Shown here piece after piece: positions 1 through 8,355 of a DNA stretch of 14,082 nucleotides. Every line of letters begins with the position of its first letter. Positions within the stretch are counted from its first letter, which is position 1. The translations under genes and the position numbers were made by a program. The notes beneath the pieces were generated by a model. The model was not told the DNA's origin, searched no databases, and saw only the letters and a list, made by a program, of their open reading frames with translations. The DNA comes from Candidatus Zixiibacteriota bacterium (GTDB lineage Bacteria > Zixibacteria > MSB-5A5 > CAIYYT01), in contig JBECKX010000175.1 in assembly GCA_040235515.1 (NCBI GenBank), positions 1-14,082 of the forward strand, in the 5' to 3' direction.

Positions 1-458
1 CGGTAGCTCATCGTGGGATCGTTACTGCGCAGGTCGATGCCATTTTCGAGAACCGACTTGAGGTTCGTCAGAAAGAATACCCAGCCGTTGCTGCAACCTT
101 TGTGGAAGGTCCATTTCATGCGCTCCGTGGTTGCCATGTTGTACTGACGTAGCTCGCAGATACAGCCGCTCCCTTTTTTGCGGAACTTGACTTCGACCTC
201 TTCCCCACTTGCGCCAAATGGAATCACCAGGCTGCGATTCTTGACGACTCTGATAACCTTCGCATCCATCTCATCCCCCGCAAGCCAGCGGAAGTAAACT
301 CGACCACCTTTCCGAGGCTCAAAATCAGCATCAACCGAGAACCACTTCTTAATCAGCTTTCCTTCTGTCCAGGCACGGAAAACCTGCTGTGGACTCTTCT
401 TGATGTAGATTTTGAGTACAAACTGTGACCAGTCTGGTTTGAACGCTGCCTTTGCCAT
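1..458 (-). CDS. SRPBCC/AHSA1 (START-like) domain protein, 3' end outside the window
   Basis: Not in the ORF track because it runs off the edge. My translation from ATG at 458 (GAGGAGG RBS just upstream) is open to position 1: MAKAAFKPDWSQFVLKIYIKKSPQQVFRAWTEGKLIKKWF...FEPRKGGRVYFRW...GCSNGWVFFLTNLKSVLE. This matches the AHSA1 pattern 'P..VF.AWT....L..WF' and the C-terminal 'GW...L..LK..LE' helix. Confidence 0.85.
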   Translation of the reverse strand, partial: MAKAAFKPDWSQFVLKIYIKKSPQQVFRAWTEGKLIKKWFSVDADFEPRKGGRVYFRWLAGDEMDAKVIRVVKNRSLVIPFGASGEEVEVKFRKKGSGCICELRQYNMATTERMKWTFHKGCSNGWVFFLTNLKSVLENGIDLRSNDPTMSY

Positions 459-677
459 GCGACCCTCCTCGTGTTTGCCAACAGGTATTGTCTGGACGCG
501 GTGATTGTGGTGAAACTGCCATGTTCCGAGTTAGACAGCCGATTCTGCAAAAGAAATATCTGAACCTGGAGTATTTACTGACTTTTTCTCACTCTTTTTG
601 CAAAAATCTCGGATTTCTGCGTATCAATTTGAAGATTTGCGGCACTCTTGAAATAAAGTTTCGAGATTTAGTTTTGC

Positions 678-706
678 TTGCAAATTTATCTAACAAGAGC
701 TACTTT
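678..706 (+). promoter_or_regulatory. putative sigma70 promoter for the glutathione peroxidase gene
   Basis: TTGCAA (678-683), 17-nt spacer, TACTTT (701-706), in an AT-rich divergent intergenic region. GGAG follows at 717-720. Confidence 0.45.
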
Positions 707-733
707 GTCTTTTATTGGAGAGTGAAAACTACC

Positions 734-1387
734 GTGACAAGAATCCTCATTTCGGCTTGTTCGCTTTTCCTGCTTACGTTGGTAGGAGACGCTTTTGGGG
801 GCGCTAAGGTTGCGCAAAACAATCAGGTTCAGATGTCGGACACGGAAAAGAAGGCTGATTCAAAAGGTAATGAGATGACGACGGCAATCCCGACAGATCT
901 AACACACATCGAATTCCAAACGATCGATGGCGATACAACCAGTTTGGATCAGTTTGCAGGCAAAGTGAAGTTGATCGTGAATGTGGCCAGTAAGTGCGGA
1001 TACACCAAGCAGTATGCCGGTTTAGAAGCACTCTACCGGAAGTTTGCCGATCGAGGGTTTGTGGTGATTGGTTTCCCGGCGAACAATTTCGGCAATCAGG
1101 AGCCAGGCAGCAACGAAGAGATCCTGGAATTCTGCACCTCCACGTATGATGTCACGTTTCCGATGATGGCCAAGATATCGGTCAAGGGTGCGGATATTCA
1201 TCCCTTGTACGCCTACCTGACGGCGCATTCTGAGCCAGCGGAAGAGATCGGCTGGAATTTCAATAAGTTCCTCCTGGATGGAGAAGATAGGATCATCGCC
1301 CGTTGGCCGTCTGCGGTCGAACCGACCAGCGATGAGATAGCCGGGCTGGTAGAGAAGATATTGAAGCAGGAAGCTCAAGAGAACTAA
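734..1387 (+). CDS. glutathione peroxidase family protein (Cys-type, BtuE/Gpx-like) with probable N-terminal signal peptide
   Basis: Motifs NVASKCGYT (peroxidatic Cys, TGC at 995-997), GFPANNFGNQEPG, EILEFC and WNFNKFL. The start is uncertain: GTG 722, GTG 734 or ATG 875. The hydrophobic RILISACSLFLLTLVGDAFG stretch and GGAG at 717-720 favour a start near 722-734. Confidence 0.9.
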   Translation: MTRILISACSLFLLTLVGDAFGGAKVAQNNQVQMSDTEKKADSKGNEMTTAIPTDLTHIEFQTIDGDTTSLDQFAGKVKLIVNVASKCGYTKQYAGLEALYRKFADRGFVVIGFPANNFGNQEPGSNEEILEFCTSTYDVTFPMMAKISVKGADIHPLYAYLTAHSEPAEEIGWNFNKFLLDGEDRIIARWPSAVEPTSDEIAGLVEKILKQEAQEN

Positions 1388-1558
1388 GCAAGTACAGCGT
1401 ATCTCCGCATCAGACCTGCTGGGCAGCAGGTAAATCCGATACTTCGACTTCAGCCCGTCACTCCCTCCTCCGTCTCTAGCTATGGATTCTCATAGTCCGC
1501 TGTTCAATGGCTTCCAGAAACATTCGAATCACAACAAGTTTGGGGAAGGACCGAGTTA

Positions 1559-1972
1559 GTGAAGTTCCTTTTGTGGGAAAGCAGGTTTGAGACAGGCGTC
1601 GGAGAAATGGACCGGCGTCACAGGCACGAGTTTGAAATGATCAATCGTGTCCACAAGGCGGTGGTTGAGGACAACCCGCGTGACAGGATTGAAGCGGAGA
1701 TGGCGCTGCTGATCGAGGACGTGGAAGAGCATTTCCGCGTGGAGGAAGATTTCATGACGCGTCTGCGGTTCCCGCAGGCGGACGCTCACCGCGAGGAGCA
1801 TGAAGATCTTCTGAACAGACTGAGACAGTACAAGAGTGAATTTGTGAATGGGGAGATGACGCCCGCCTACCAATTCCTCGAACTGGTTCACTCATGGTTT
1901 ATTCGTCACTTAGAGGGTCCCGACAAAGAATTGGGGCTTTATATGGGGGGGCAGGAGTTGCCAAAGGACTAG
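1559..1972 (+). CDS. bacteriohemerythrin (single-domain hemerythrin)
   Basis: Hemerythrin di-iron ligand pattern W...F.TGV..MD..H, HF..EE..M, H..EH, WF..H....D. GTG start with a GGAAGGA RBS. Confidence 0.9.
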   Translation: MKFLLWESRFETGVGEMDRRHRHEFEMINRVHKAVVEDNPRDRIEAEMALLIEDVEEHFRVEEDFMTRLRFPQADAHREEHEDLLNRLRQYKSEFVNGEMTPAYQFLELVHSWFIRHLEGPDKELGLYMGGQELPKD

Positions 1973-2027
1973 AGAGTCTACGGGGCCAGGCAGCTTAGCT
2001 TGTTCCATCGTGCCGATCAGCCGGTCA

Positions 2028-2750
2028 CTACCAATCCTGGGGCTTACGATCCTTGAAAAAACCTCCATTCGGTCCACTCTTCGGCAGAGTCGCCAGCCAG
2101 ATTATCGTATCAGTCCCCTCATCAACCGAGCGTGTGGCATTTTTCCCACCCATATCGGTCCTGACCCAGCCGGGGCTGGCGGAGTTTATCTTGATATCGC
2201 CATTCCGCAGAACCTGGGAGTATATGGCTGTCAGGCCGTTCAGCGCCGTCTTCGACAAGCGGTAAGTAGGTGCCGAGGAGCCTCCACCTCCACTGTTGTA
2301 GCTGAGTGAGCCCATTGTGCTTGAGACGTTGACTATCCGCCCGTACCCGCGAGCCTGCATATGCGGCAACACCGCCCGGACCATACGGAGTGCTCCGTAG
2401 AAGTTGGTCTCCATTGTCTGTCTCAGTTTCTCGAGGTTCAACGTGGAAGCATCATCATCCCAGTCCAGCAGTATCCCGGCGTTGTTAACCAGGATATCGA
2501 TTCGCCCTCGCTGTTTGATAAGCGCGGCGATGGCTGCATCAATCGACTCCTGGCTGTTAACATCCACAACAGCCAGTTCCACGCTATGTCCTTCACGCTT
2601 CAACTGTTCAACAGCATGAATGCCGCGTGCTCGATCACGGCTCCCCACAGCCACATGAATTCCGATCTCTCCCAACTTTCTCGCGACCTCAAGTCCGATT
2701 CCTTTGTTTGCTCCCGTTACCAGGGCAACCGGATTTTGTGCGGCTGTCAT
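2028..2750 (-). CDS. short-chain dehydrogenase/reductase (carbonyl reductase-like, probably NADPH-dependent)
   Basis: Motifs TGANKGIG (Rossmann), GSRD, NNAG, VSS, catalytic YRLSK and SPGWVRTDMGG. GGAG RBS upstream. Confidence 0.92.
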   Translation of the reverse strand: MTAAQNPVALVTGANKGIGLEVARKLGEIGIHVAVGSRDRARGIHAVEQLKREGHSVELAVVDVNSQESIDAAIAALIKQRGRIDILVNNAGILLDWDDDASTLNLEKLRQTMETNFYGALRMVRAVLPHMQARGYGRIVNVSSTMGSLSYNSGGGGSSAPTYRLSKTALNGLTAIYSQVLRNGDIKINSASPGWVRTDMGGKNATRSVDEGTDTIIWLATLPKSGPNGGFFKDRKPQDW

Positions 2751-2828
2751 TCCACTCCAGACCTTTCAGAGTTGTTTGTTGCTGTTTAAAGAGTGGTACG
2801 GATGCTCCAGCGCAAAATGAAGGTGTTG

Positions 2829-2863
2829 TAAAGGAAGAAGGCGGGAACTGTTCGATTCCCGCC
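2829..2863 (-). terminator. probable intrinsic terminator downstream of the M28 peptidase gene
   Basis: 8-bp stem GGCGGGAA/TTCCCGCC (2840-2863), followed on the minus strand by the pyrimidine-rich TTCTTCCTTT. Confidence 0.55.
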
Positions 2864-2913
2864 AACGATCTTTGTTCCGGACTAGACCTGTTCGAATGAA
2901 ATCCTCAGACTGT

Positions 2914-4857
2914 CTACATGCAGGAGAGGCAAGGTATCGGACCACCACCAAAGATGTAACTGATCAGATAAACCGCGTCACCGATTGAAACCCCGCCCGT
3001 GCAGTCGGCATCCCCTGCTGCAGGTGGATCGGGAGCCGGACCGCCCCCGAAGATGTAGTTGATTATGAAGACTGCGTCGCCGATCGAGATCAGGTCGTTG
3101 CCATCGGCATCACCACACAGGTATTCCGGTGGCGGCGGATCGGTCGTCGTGATATGAAGGCTCACGATGTCAGATTTCGCCGGTGTACTCTGGTCAGTAA
3201 CTCCAACGGTGAAATAGTAGGTCGCGTTGTAACTCGGTGTCCCCGAAATCACCGCCGTCTCACCACCTGAGAATGTGCAACCGTAGGGCAGGTCACCGCC
3301 CATGAATGTCCAGTTATACGGTTCGATTCCGCCGACCGCCTCCAGCTCGATGGAGTATGGCACGTCGAGGTAGGCATCGGGTAGATCGCGCGATATGATG
3401 TGGAGGTTTCCATCGCAGTGATCACCTACCCCGTTGTGGTCAAGATCGATTTGTGTCGGGTTGTAAACGTCAGGGCAGTTGTCGCATACCGAGCCAAGGC
3501 TGTCCGCGTCAGGATCCTCCTGATTCGGATTGTAGGTCGTGATACAGTTGTCGATGTCATTGGCGATTCCATCACCATCGAAGTCATTGCTGTTCGATAC
3601 CTGGTAGACCAAATCGAGCGACGTCTGCACCATCGCACGCATAAATGAAAAATCGATGTAACTCGTGCTGTCACGATAGGAGTGGTAGTAGTCGTTGAAC
3701 CATCCTTCGATCAGGAAGACGACATCGTATCCATACTGGTAGAAGGGATAATGATCGGAGGACCCTGAGTTGCCGCCGATTTCGCCCTGCAACGAGTAAG
3801 TGGTCGCCAGGCTTTGCCAGAGGCTGCCGTAGGGGTTGTTGGCGGCATTGTAGAGGTAGGCCCAGGGGAAGCTGAGGTAGTATCCGATCATATCCATATT
3901 GAACATCAGTATAATCTCGTCACCCCGATTGTAGGCTTCTTCGGCGTAGTGCCACGAACCGTACAGCCCCCACTCTTCCGCATCGAAGGTTATGAATTTG
4001 AACGTTGCGTCCGTATCGACATTCGCCAGCACCCGTGCCATTTCGATGACTCCGGCGCTACCGGAGCCGTTATCATCCGCGCCGGGAGAGCCCCAAACCG
4101 CGTCGTAGTGCGCCCCTACCACGATTTGCAGGTCGGAGTAAACTGTACCCGGTTTTACACAAACGACATTGAAGCAGGGAGAATTCGGGGAGGAGACATC
4201 GGCATAAAACCCGTCGATGTAGACCGAATCGTAGCCGAATGCCTCAAACCACGCCTTGATCGAATCGCGCGCCCGGTAAACGTTCGCTGTACCGGCGACG
4301 CGGCCATCAAATGCCTCTAACTTGCGGTTGTAATAGCTGAGGGAATCCTGGTTAATCTGATCGAGCAGCTTACTGAACTGATCCATGCTCGTTCCGTGCC
4401 ACGCCGGAGTAGACGGCGCCGAGAAGCGAATCGGCAGGTCAATCGGTCGCAGCCGATTGAGTTGCAGGTTGACGATCATCTCTTCCGCCACATTGTCGGG
4501 GAGGCGGTAGAGATTCAGGCCATCATCGCGGTATACCACTTCAAACGGAATCTGCGCGTCGCGGTCCAGTCCCCCGTAGAGCGCCAGCTGTTCCGGTCTG
4601 ATTCTCTCACTCACCAACTCAAGTGGCAGCCCCGCGCTCTTGATGCTTTCGGCATCGAAGGCAGTAGATAGAATCAGGTAGCCATCCGCTACTCGCAGGA
4701 TCGCGGCAGCCTCAAGCCGCTGCAGTTGTGCTGCCAGTGTATGGGCCGACTCAACATCGTTTATTGAAACCTTGTAGAGATTACTGGTCGGAGACGCAAC
4801 AGCCAGCGCTGTAAGGATCAGGGCGCCAGCCAGTGCCAGGGAAAGAACGTACTTCAT
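2914..4857 (-). CDS. secreted M28-family zinc (amino)peptidase with thrombospondin type-3 repeats, Ig-like domain and C-terminal dockerin-like repeat
   Basis: Signal peptide MKYVLSLALAGALILTALAVA from ATG 4857 with GGAGG 6 nt upstream. M28 motifs GAHYD, GADDNGSG, AEEWGLYGS, NMDMIG, SSDH and YH. TSP3-like DGDGIANDIDNC...DNCPDVYNP.Q.D.D..GVGDHCD. Ig-like segment 'GGIEPYNW...GTPS'. Duplicated GDAD..SIGDAV.LI.YIFGGGP tail. Confidence 0.9.
   Translation of the reverse strand: MKYVLSLALAGALILTALAVASPTSNLYKVSINDVESAHTLAAQLQRLEAAAILRVADGYLILSTAFDAESIKSAGLPLELVSERIRPEQLALYGGLDRDAQIPFEVVYRDDGLNLYRLPDNVAEEMIVNLQLNRLRPIDLPIRFSAPSTPAWHGTSMDQFSKLLDQINQDSLSYYNRKLEAFDGRVAGTANVYRARDSIKAWFEAFGYDSVYIDGFYADVSSPNSPCFNVVCVKPGTVYSDLQIVVGAHYDAVWGSPGADDNGSGSAGVIEMARVLANVDTDATFKFITFDAEEWGLYGSWHYAEEAYNRGDEIILMFNMDMIGYYLSFPWAYLYNAANNPYGSLWQSLATTYSLQGEIGGNSGSSDHYPFYQYGYDVVFLIEGWFNDYYHSYRDSTSYIDFSFMRAMVQTSLDLVYQVSNSNDFDGDGIANDIDNCITTYNPNQEDPDADSLGSVCDNCPDVYNPTQIDLDHNGVGDHCDGNLHIISRDLPDAYLDVPYSIELEAVGGIEPYNWTFMGGDLPYGCTFSGGETAVISGTPSYNATYYFTVGVTDQSTPAKSDIVSLHITTTDPPPPEYLCGDADGNDLISIGDAVFIINYIFGGGPAPDPPAAGDADCTGGVSIGDAVYLISYIFGGGPIPCLSCM
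3412..3585 (-). repeat. thrombospondin type-3-like Ca-binding repeats within the M28 peptidase
   Basis: Tandem Asp/Cys-rich units DNC..(T/V)YNP.Q.D.D.(D/N).(L/V)G..CD in the translation. Confidence 0.75.
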
Positions 4858-5007
4858 CACGAACCTCCATTCGGACTGAGTACTCACTATTGTCGCCAGA
4901 TAACGTGGTAAATATACTATAGAATCAGCATTCTGGGTAGCCCAAATCTGATCCTACAGGAGCGAAAGCAGCGATACTGAATCATCAAACGCGGCACTGA
5001 TTCCAGA

Positions 5008-5040
5008 CAAATAAAAACCGCCTTCCCGGTGGAAGGCGGT
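5008..5040 (-). terminator. intrinsic terminator downstream of mscL
   Basis: Perfect 10-bp stem ACCGCCTTCC/GGAAGGCGGT with a 4-nt loop (5017-5040), followed by TTTTATTT on the minus strand. Confidence 0.85.
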
Positions 5041-5072
5041 CGTGAAGTCAAACCTAAACTGGCGATTTGCGA

Positions 5073-5528
5073 CTACGCGGAGCCGATTTCGGAAGTGCAG
5101 CTGGGGCAGCGGGTTGCTTTAATCGGAATGGTGGAGTAGCACTTCGGGCACTCTTTGGTTGTCGGTTCTGCCGGTTTCTCCTCTTTCTCTCTCTTCATTT
5201 TGTTCATGGCTTTGATGACCATGAAGATCGCGAACGCAATGATCAGGAAGCTCACCACGGTATTGATGAACATTCCATAGTTGAGCGTCACTGCGCCGGC
5301 CGCCTGGGCTTCGGCCAGTGTCGAAAACGTTCCGGCGACTTCGCCCTGTTTGAGGACAATGAACAGATTCGAGAAGTCGATTCCTCCCAACAGCAAGCCG
5401 ATTGGCGGCATGATTACGTCAGCAACCAGCGACTTGACAATCGTGCCAAACGCTGCGCCGATCACGATGCCGACGGCCATGTCGACAACGTTGCCTCGTA
5501 GCGCAAACTCCTTGAATTCCTTTAGCAT
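5073..5528 (-). CDS. mscL: large-conductance mechanosensitive channel MscL with C-terminal zinc-ribbon-like tail
   Basis: [41 protein letters not shown] and [30 protein letters not shown]-terminal CPKC-x10-CPSC. Confidence 0.96.
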   Translation of the reverse strand: MLKEFKEFALRGNVVDMAVGIVIGAAFGTIVKSLVADVIMPPIGLLLGGIDFSNLFIVLKQGEVAGTFSTLAEAQAAGAVTLNYGMFINTVVSFLIIAFAIFMVIKAMNKMKREKEEKPAEPTTKECPKCYSTIPIKATRCPSCTSEIGSA

Positions 5529-5668
5529 CCAGCTCCCTCCACCAATTGGTTATATCACCGCTGAGTCACGACTCGCGGCGAATCAGCACTTACGCCCCTG
5601 TATATTTATTCGTCTACATTAACTATGTTTTGCGGCAAATATGCAACCGCAATCTGGCGAAAAGCGGG

Positions 5669-7399
5669 TCAAAATCTGTTTGTAATCGGCCAGCGCCGAT
5701 CGCGTCCAAATGCGCGTGGAGTAACCTTGATGCCGGGCGGTGATTGGCGTCGCTTGTATTCGGCAGCACGCACCATCGCAATAACCCTCTTCACGGTTTT
5801 GCGCTCGAACCCCAGCCTCACTATCTCAGCTTCCTCGGTATCGAGTTCGACATAGAGTCGCAGGATCTCGTCGAGCACTTCGTATGGCGGCAGAGAGTCC
5901 GAGTCGGCCTGATCCGCCTTCAACTCAGCGGTCGGTGGTCTGGCGATGATCTCCTCGGCGATCACTTCCCTGCTGCGCGACTTGTTCAGGTAGCGGCTGA
6001 TCTCGAATACCAATGTCTTGGGGATATCCTTCAACACGGCAAATCCCCCGACCATGTCACCATAAAGCGTGGTGTAGCCAACCGCTGCTTCTGACTTGTT
6101 ACTGGTGTTGAGTACGATGGCTCCGCTGCGATTGGAGTATGCCATCAGGATGTTTCCCCTGATCCGCGCCTGCAGGTTTTCTGATGTCAACCCGGTCGCG
6201 ATGCGAGGGTAGTGCGGCTTGAGCTCGCGGACATAGACATTGTAGATTTCATCAATCGGAATCGTCTCCATCCGGCAGCCCAGTAACCGCGCCTGCCTCT
6301 CCGCAGCCGTGAACGAGAGCTCGGAGGTGAATTGAGACGGCATGAAGATACAATGAACGGAATCTGCCCCGAGCGCTTCCACAGCAACCGCAAGGGTGAG
6401 CGCGGAATCGATGCCGCCGGAGAGTCCGATAACAACATTGGAGAAGCCGTTTTTCTGGATGTAGTCTCGCGTTCCGAGCACCAACGCACGAAACACTTCC
6501 TCCGCCAGCGGAAGCTGTCGTTCCCCGGAGTGGCCGGCTTTGCTGGCCTTCTCGGCGACTCCACTTGAGTTGAGATTGACCACCTTGACCCGGAATGGCT
6601 CTTCGTGGTCGGCAACTGAAGCTGTGGCTGGTATCTCTTCGGCAGCGGTTGTCGGAATCTCAAGATCGATTACCAGCATATCCTCGGCGAATGCTTCGGC
6701 GCCGGCGATTACCTTCCCTGCCGGGTTAACCACCATCGAGGCACCATCGAAAATCAGCTCGTCCTGACCGCCAACCAGATTGACATAGGCGACGTGGCAG
6801 TTGTTCCGCTGGGCGCGATCCCGGAGCAGGTCAATTCGTTCTTCGACGCGACGCATATGGTAAGGTGAGGCTGACGTGTTTAGTATGAGCCGCGCGCCGA
6901 GGCTGGCCTGCGACTCGGTTATTCCGGGGCAGATCCAGATATCCTCGCAGATATTGAGCCCGGCAAGCGCTTCGCCGAATTTCAACAGCGGGATTTCAGA
7001 GCCGGGCGTGAAATAGCGCTTCTCATCGAAAACACCATAGTTGGGCAGAGCCACCTTGGAGTAGGTGTAGAGCGCTTTGCCATCCTCCGCGACCAGGGCG
7101 GAATTGAATACCCTGTCGGCCGAAGAGCCGACGAAGCCGCAGATAACGGCGATACCCTGCGAATGTGCAGCTACCTTTTTGATGTACTTGGCGTTAGCCT
7201 TCAGGAAACTCTTGTTCAGCAGGAGGTCTTCCGGCGGATAACCGCACAACGCCAGCTCCGGGAAAGCTACCAGGCTGCAACCGCTCGTGCGAGCGGTGTC
7301 AATGGCTGCCAGGATCTTAGCCAGGTTACCTTCGAGATCCCCTACCGTTGAGTTGATCTGGGCAAGGCAAAGACGCAGTTGTTGACCAGACTTGTCCAT
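5669..7399 (-). CDS. nadE: glutamine-dependent NAD+ synthetase
   Basis: Nitrilase-type glutaminase domain (FPEL, K..LPNYGVFDEKRYF, ICEDIW) fused to a synthetase domain (GLSGGIDS, ENLQARIRG, NKSE..VGY.TLYGD, PPTAEL, AEYKRRQSPPG). The start is ATG 7399 or TTG 7408. Confidence 0.96.
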   Translation of the reverse strand: MDKSGQQLRLCLAQINSTVGDLEGNLAKILAAIDTARTSGCSLVAFPELALCGYPPEDLLLNKSFLKANAKYIKKVAAHSQGIAVICGFVGSSADRVFNSALVAEDGKALYTYSKVALPNYGVFDEKRYFTPGSEIPLLKFGEALAGLNICEDIWICPGITESQASLGARLILNTSASPYHMRRVEERIDLLRDRAQRNNCHVAYVNLVGGQDELIFDGASMVVNPAGKVIAGAEAFAEDMLVIDLEIPTTAAEEIPATASVADHEEPFRVKVVNLNSSGVAEKASKAGHSGERQLPLAEEVFRALVLGTRDYIQKNGFSNVVIGLSGGIDSALTLAVAVEALGADSVHCIFMPSQFTSELSFTAAERQARLLGCRMETIPIDEIYNVYVRELKPHYPRIATGLTSENLQARIRGNILMAYSNRSGAIVLNTSNKSEAAVGYTTLYGDMVGGFAVLKDIPKTLVFEISRYLNKSRSREVIAEEIIARPPTAELKADQADSDSLPPYEVLDEILRLYVELDTEEAEIVRLGFERKTVKRVIAMVRAAEYKRRQSPPGIKVTPRAFGRDRRWPITNRF

Positions 7400-7565
7400 G
7401 CGGAACAATTAAGCTAGGTAGCCGGAAGAAGCAAATAGAATGATACCGGCGAAAGATTACTACTTGAATATGCAGGAGCGTTGAAGGGTTAAGCCGGCGA
7501 AATCGCGATAAATTTACTAAAAAATCCATTTACATTTGTTGCGGATTTATATAAATATCAGGCAG

Positions 7566-7612
7566 TATAATCGTAGACCGTTTAAGGCATAGTTGACTTG
7601 CGAGTCGAAGAT
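7566..7612 (+). promoter_or_regulatory. putative -10 element (TATAAT) and downstream palindromic operator upstream of the first Rrf2 gene
   Basis: Exact TATAAT at 7566-7571, with no good -35 at 17 nt. Imperfect palindrome ATAGTTGACT-TGCG-AGTCGAAGAT at 7589-7612. Confidence 0.4.
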
Positions 7613-7743
7613 GGTTACTTTCTCCGATGTATTCGCTGAAACAACTGCCTGAGTTTGCGGTATACATTACTCATTATGACCTAGAGGCAGTTTTCATGTA
7701 ACCCGTATGGCAGCGGGCCGAAGCATTAGGAGACAGACTACAA

Positions 7744-8169
7744 ATGAAGATCTCACGCAAGTCTGATTACGCTCTTCGCGCTGTTTTGCATATTGCTAAG
7801 CAGCCCACTGAAAAGCGGAACTCAATCAATGTAATTGCCGAGAGTGAGGCTATCCCGCGCGATTTCCTGGCGAAGATCCTCAAGGAACTTACGCGCGCAC
7901 AGATCCTGCGCTCGTACCAGGGAGTGCACGGCGGCTACCAGCTGGCCAAGCCGGCCGGCCAGGTCAGCGTGCTTGATGTAATCGAGGCAATGGATGGTCC
8001 CCTGGGCTTGAATCTCTGCGTGCGCGGTGACCGTGGTTGCGATTGCGACCGTGCAGACAAATGTACGATGTTTCCGTTCTGGCAGCGACTCCAGCATCAG
8101 TTCCGCCAGCAATTGCGTGGCGAGACCATTGCGAAGCTCAAGACGACATCGAAGAGGCGCAAGAACTAA
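7744..8169 (+). CDS. Rrf2-family transcriptional regulator, Fe-S-binding type (IscR/NsrR-like)
   Basis: DYALRA, winged HTH IPRDFLAKILKELTRAQILRSYQGVHGGYQLAK, and Cys92/99/101/107 in the cluster-binding loop. TAGGAGA RBS. Confidence 0.93.
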   Translation: MKISRKSDYALRAVLHIAKQPTEKRNSINVIAESEAIPRDFLAKILKELTRAQILRSYQGVHGGYQLAKPAGQVSVLDVIEAMDGPLGLNLCVRGDRGCDCDRADKCTMFPFWQRLQHQFRQQLRGETIAKLKTTSKRRKN

Positions 8170-8355
8170 CATACAGGGACCAGTTTACGGGCAATCCGGG
8201 CCCGGTTCCAGGTAATACAACCACAGACGAAATTCAAGGCTTGATCCGGGTCACGCAGAAAATCACGACCTGACATCGAAGCTGACTCGCTCCGGCAGCC
8301 TGACCGACGTTTTCTTGGACGAGCTTCTTTATTGAACTCAACGTCGAATTCGTGG

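Noticed and set aside
452..721. N-terminal extension of the 311-aa Gpx ORF from TTG 452
   Set aside because: It overlaps the start of the divergent SRPBCC gene and crosses an AT-rich promoter-like region, and the translation is not Gpx-like. A promoter and RBS point to a start near 722-734.
995..997. Possible selenocysteine in the glutathione peroxidase
   Set aside because: The active-site codon is TGC (Cys), not TGA.
1414..1431. Hairpin ACCTGCT/AGCAGGT after gpx as a terminator
   Set aside because: No U-tract follows on the plus strand. It may be a stability hairpin, but I cannot support a call.
1945..1951. G7 run near the end of the hemerythrin gene as a phase-variation tract
   Set aside because: It is short, encodes Met-Gly-Gly and lies after all iron ligands, so slippage would change only the last few residues.
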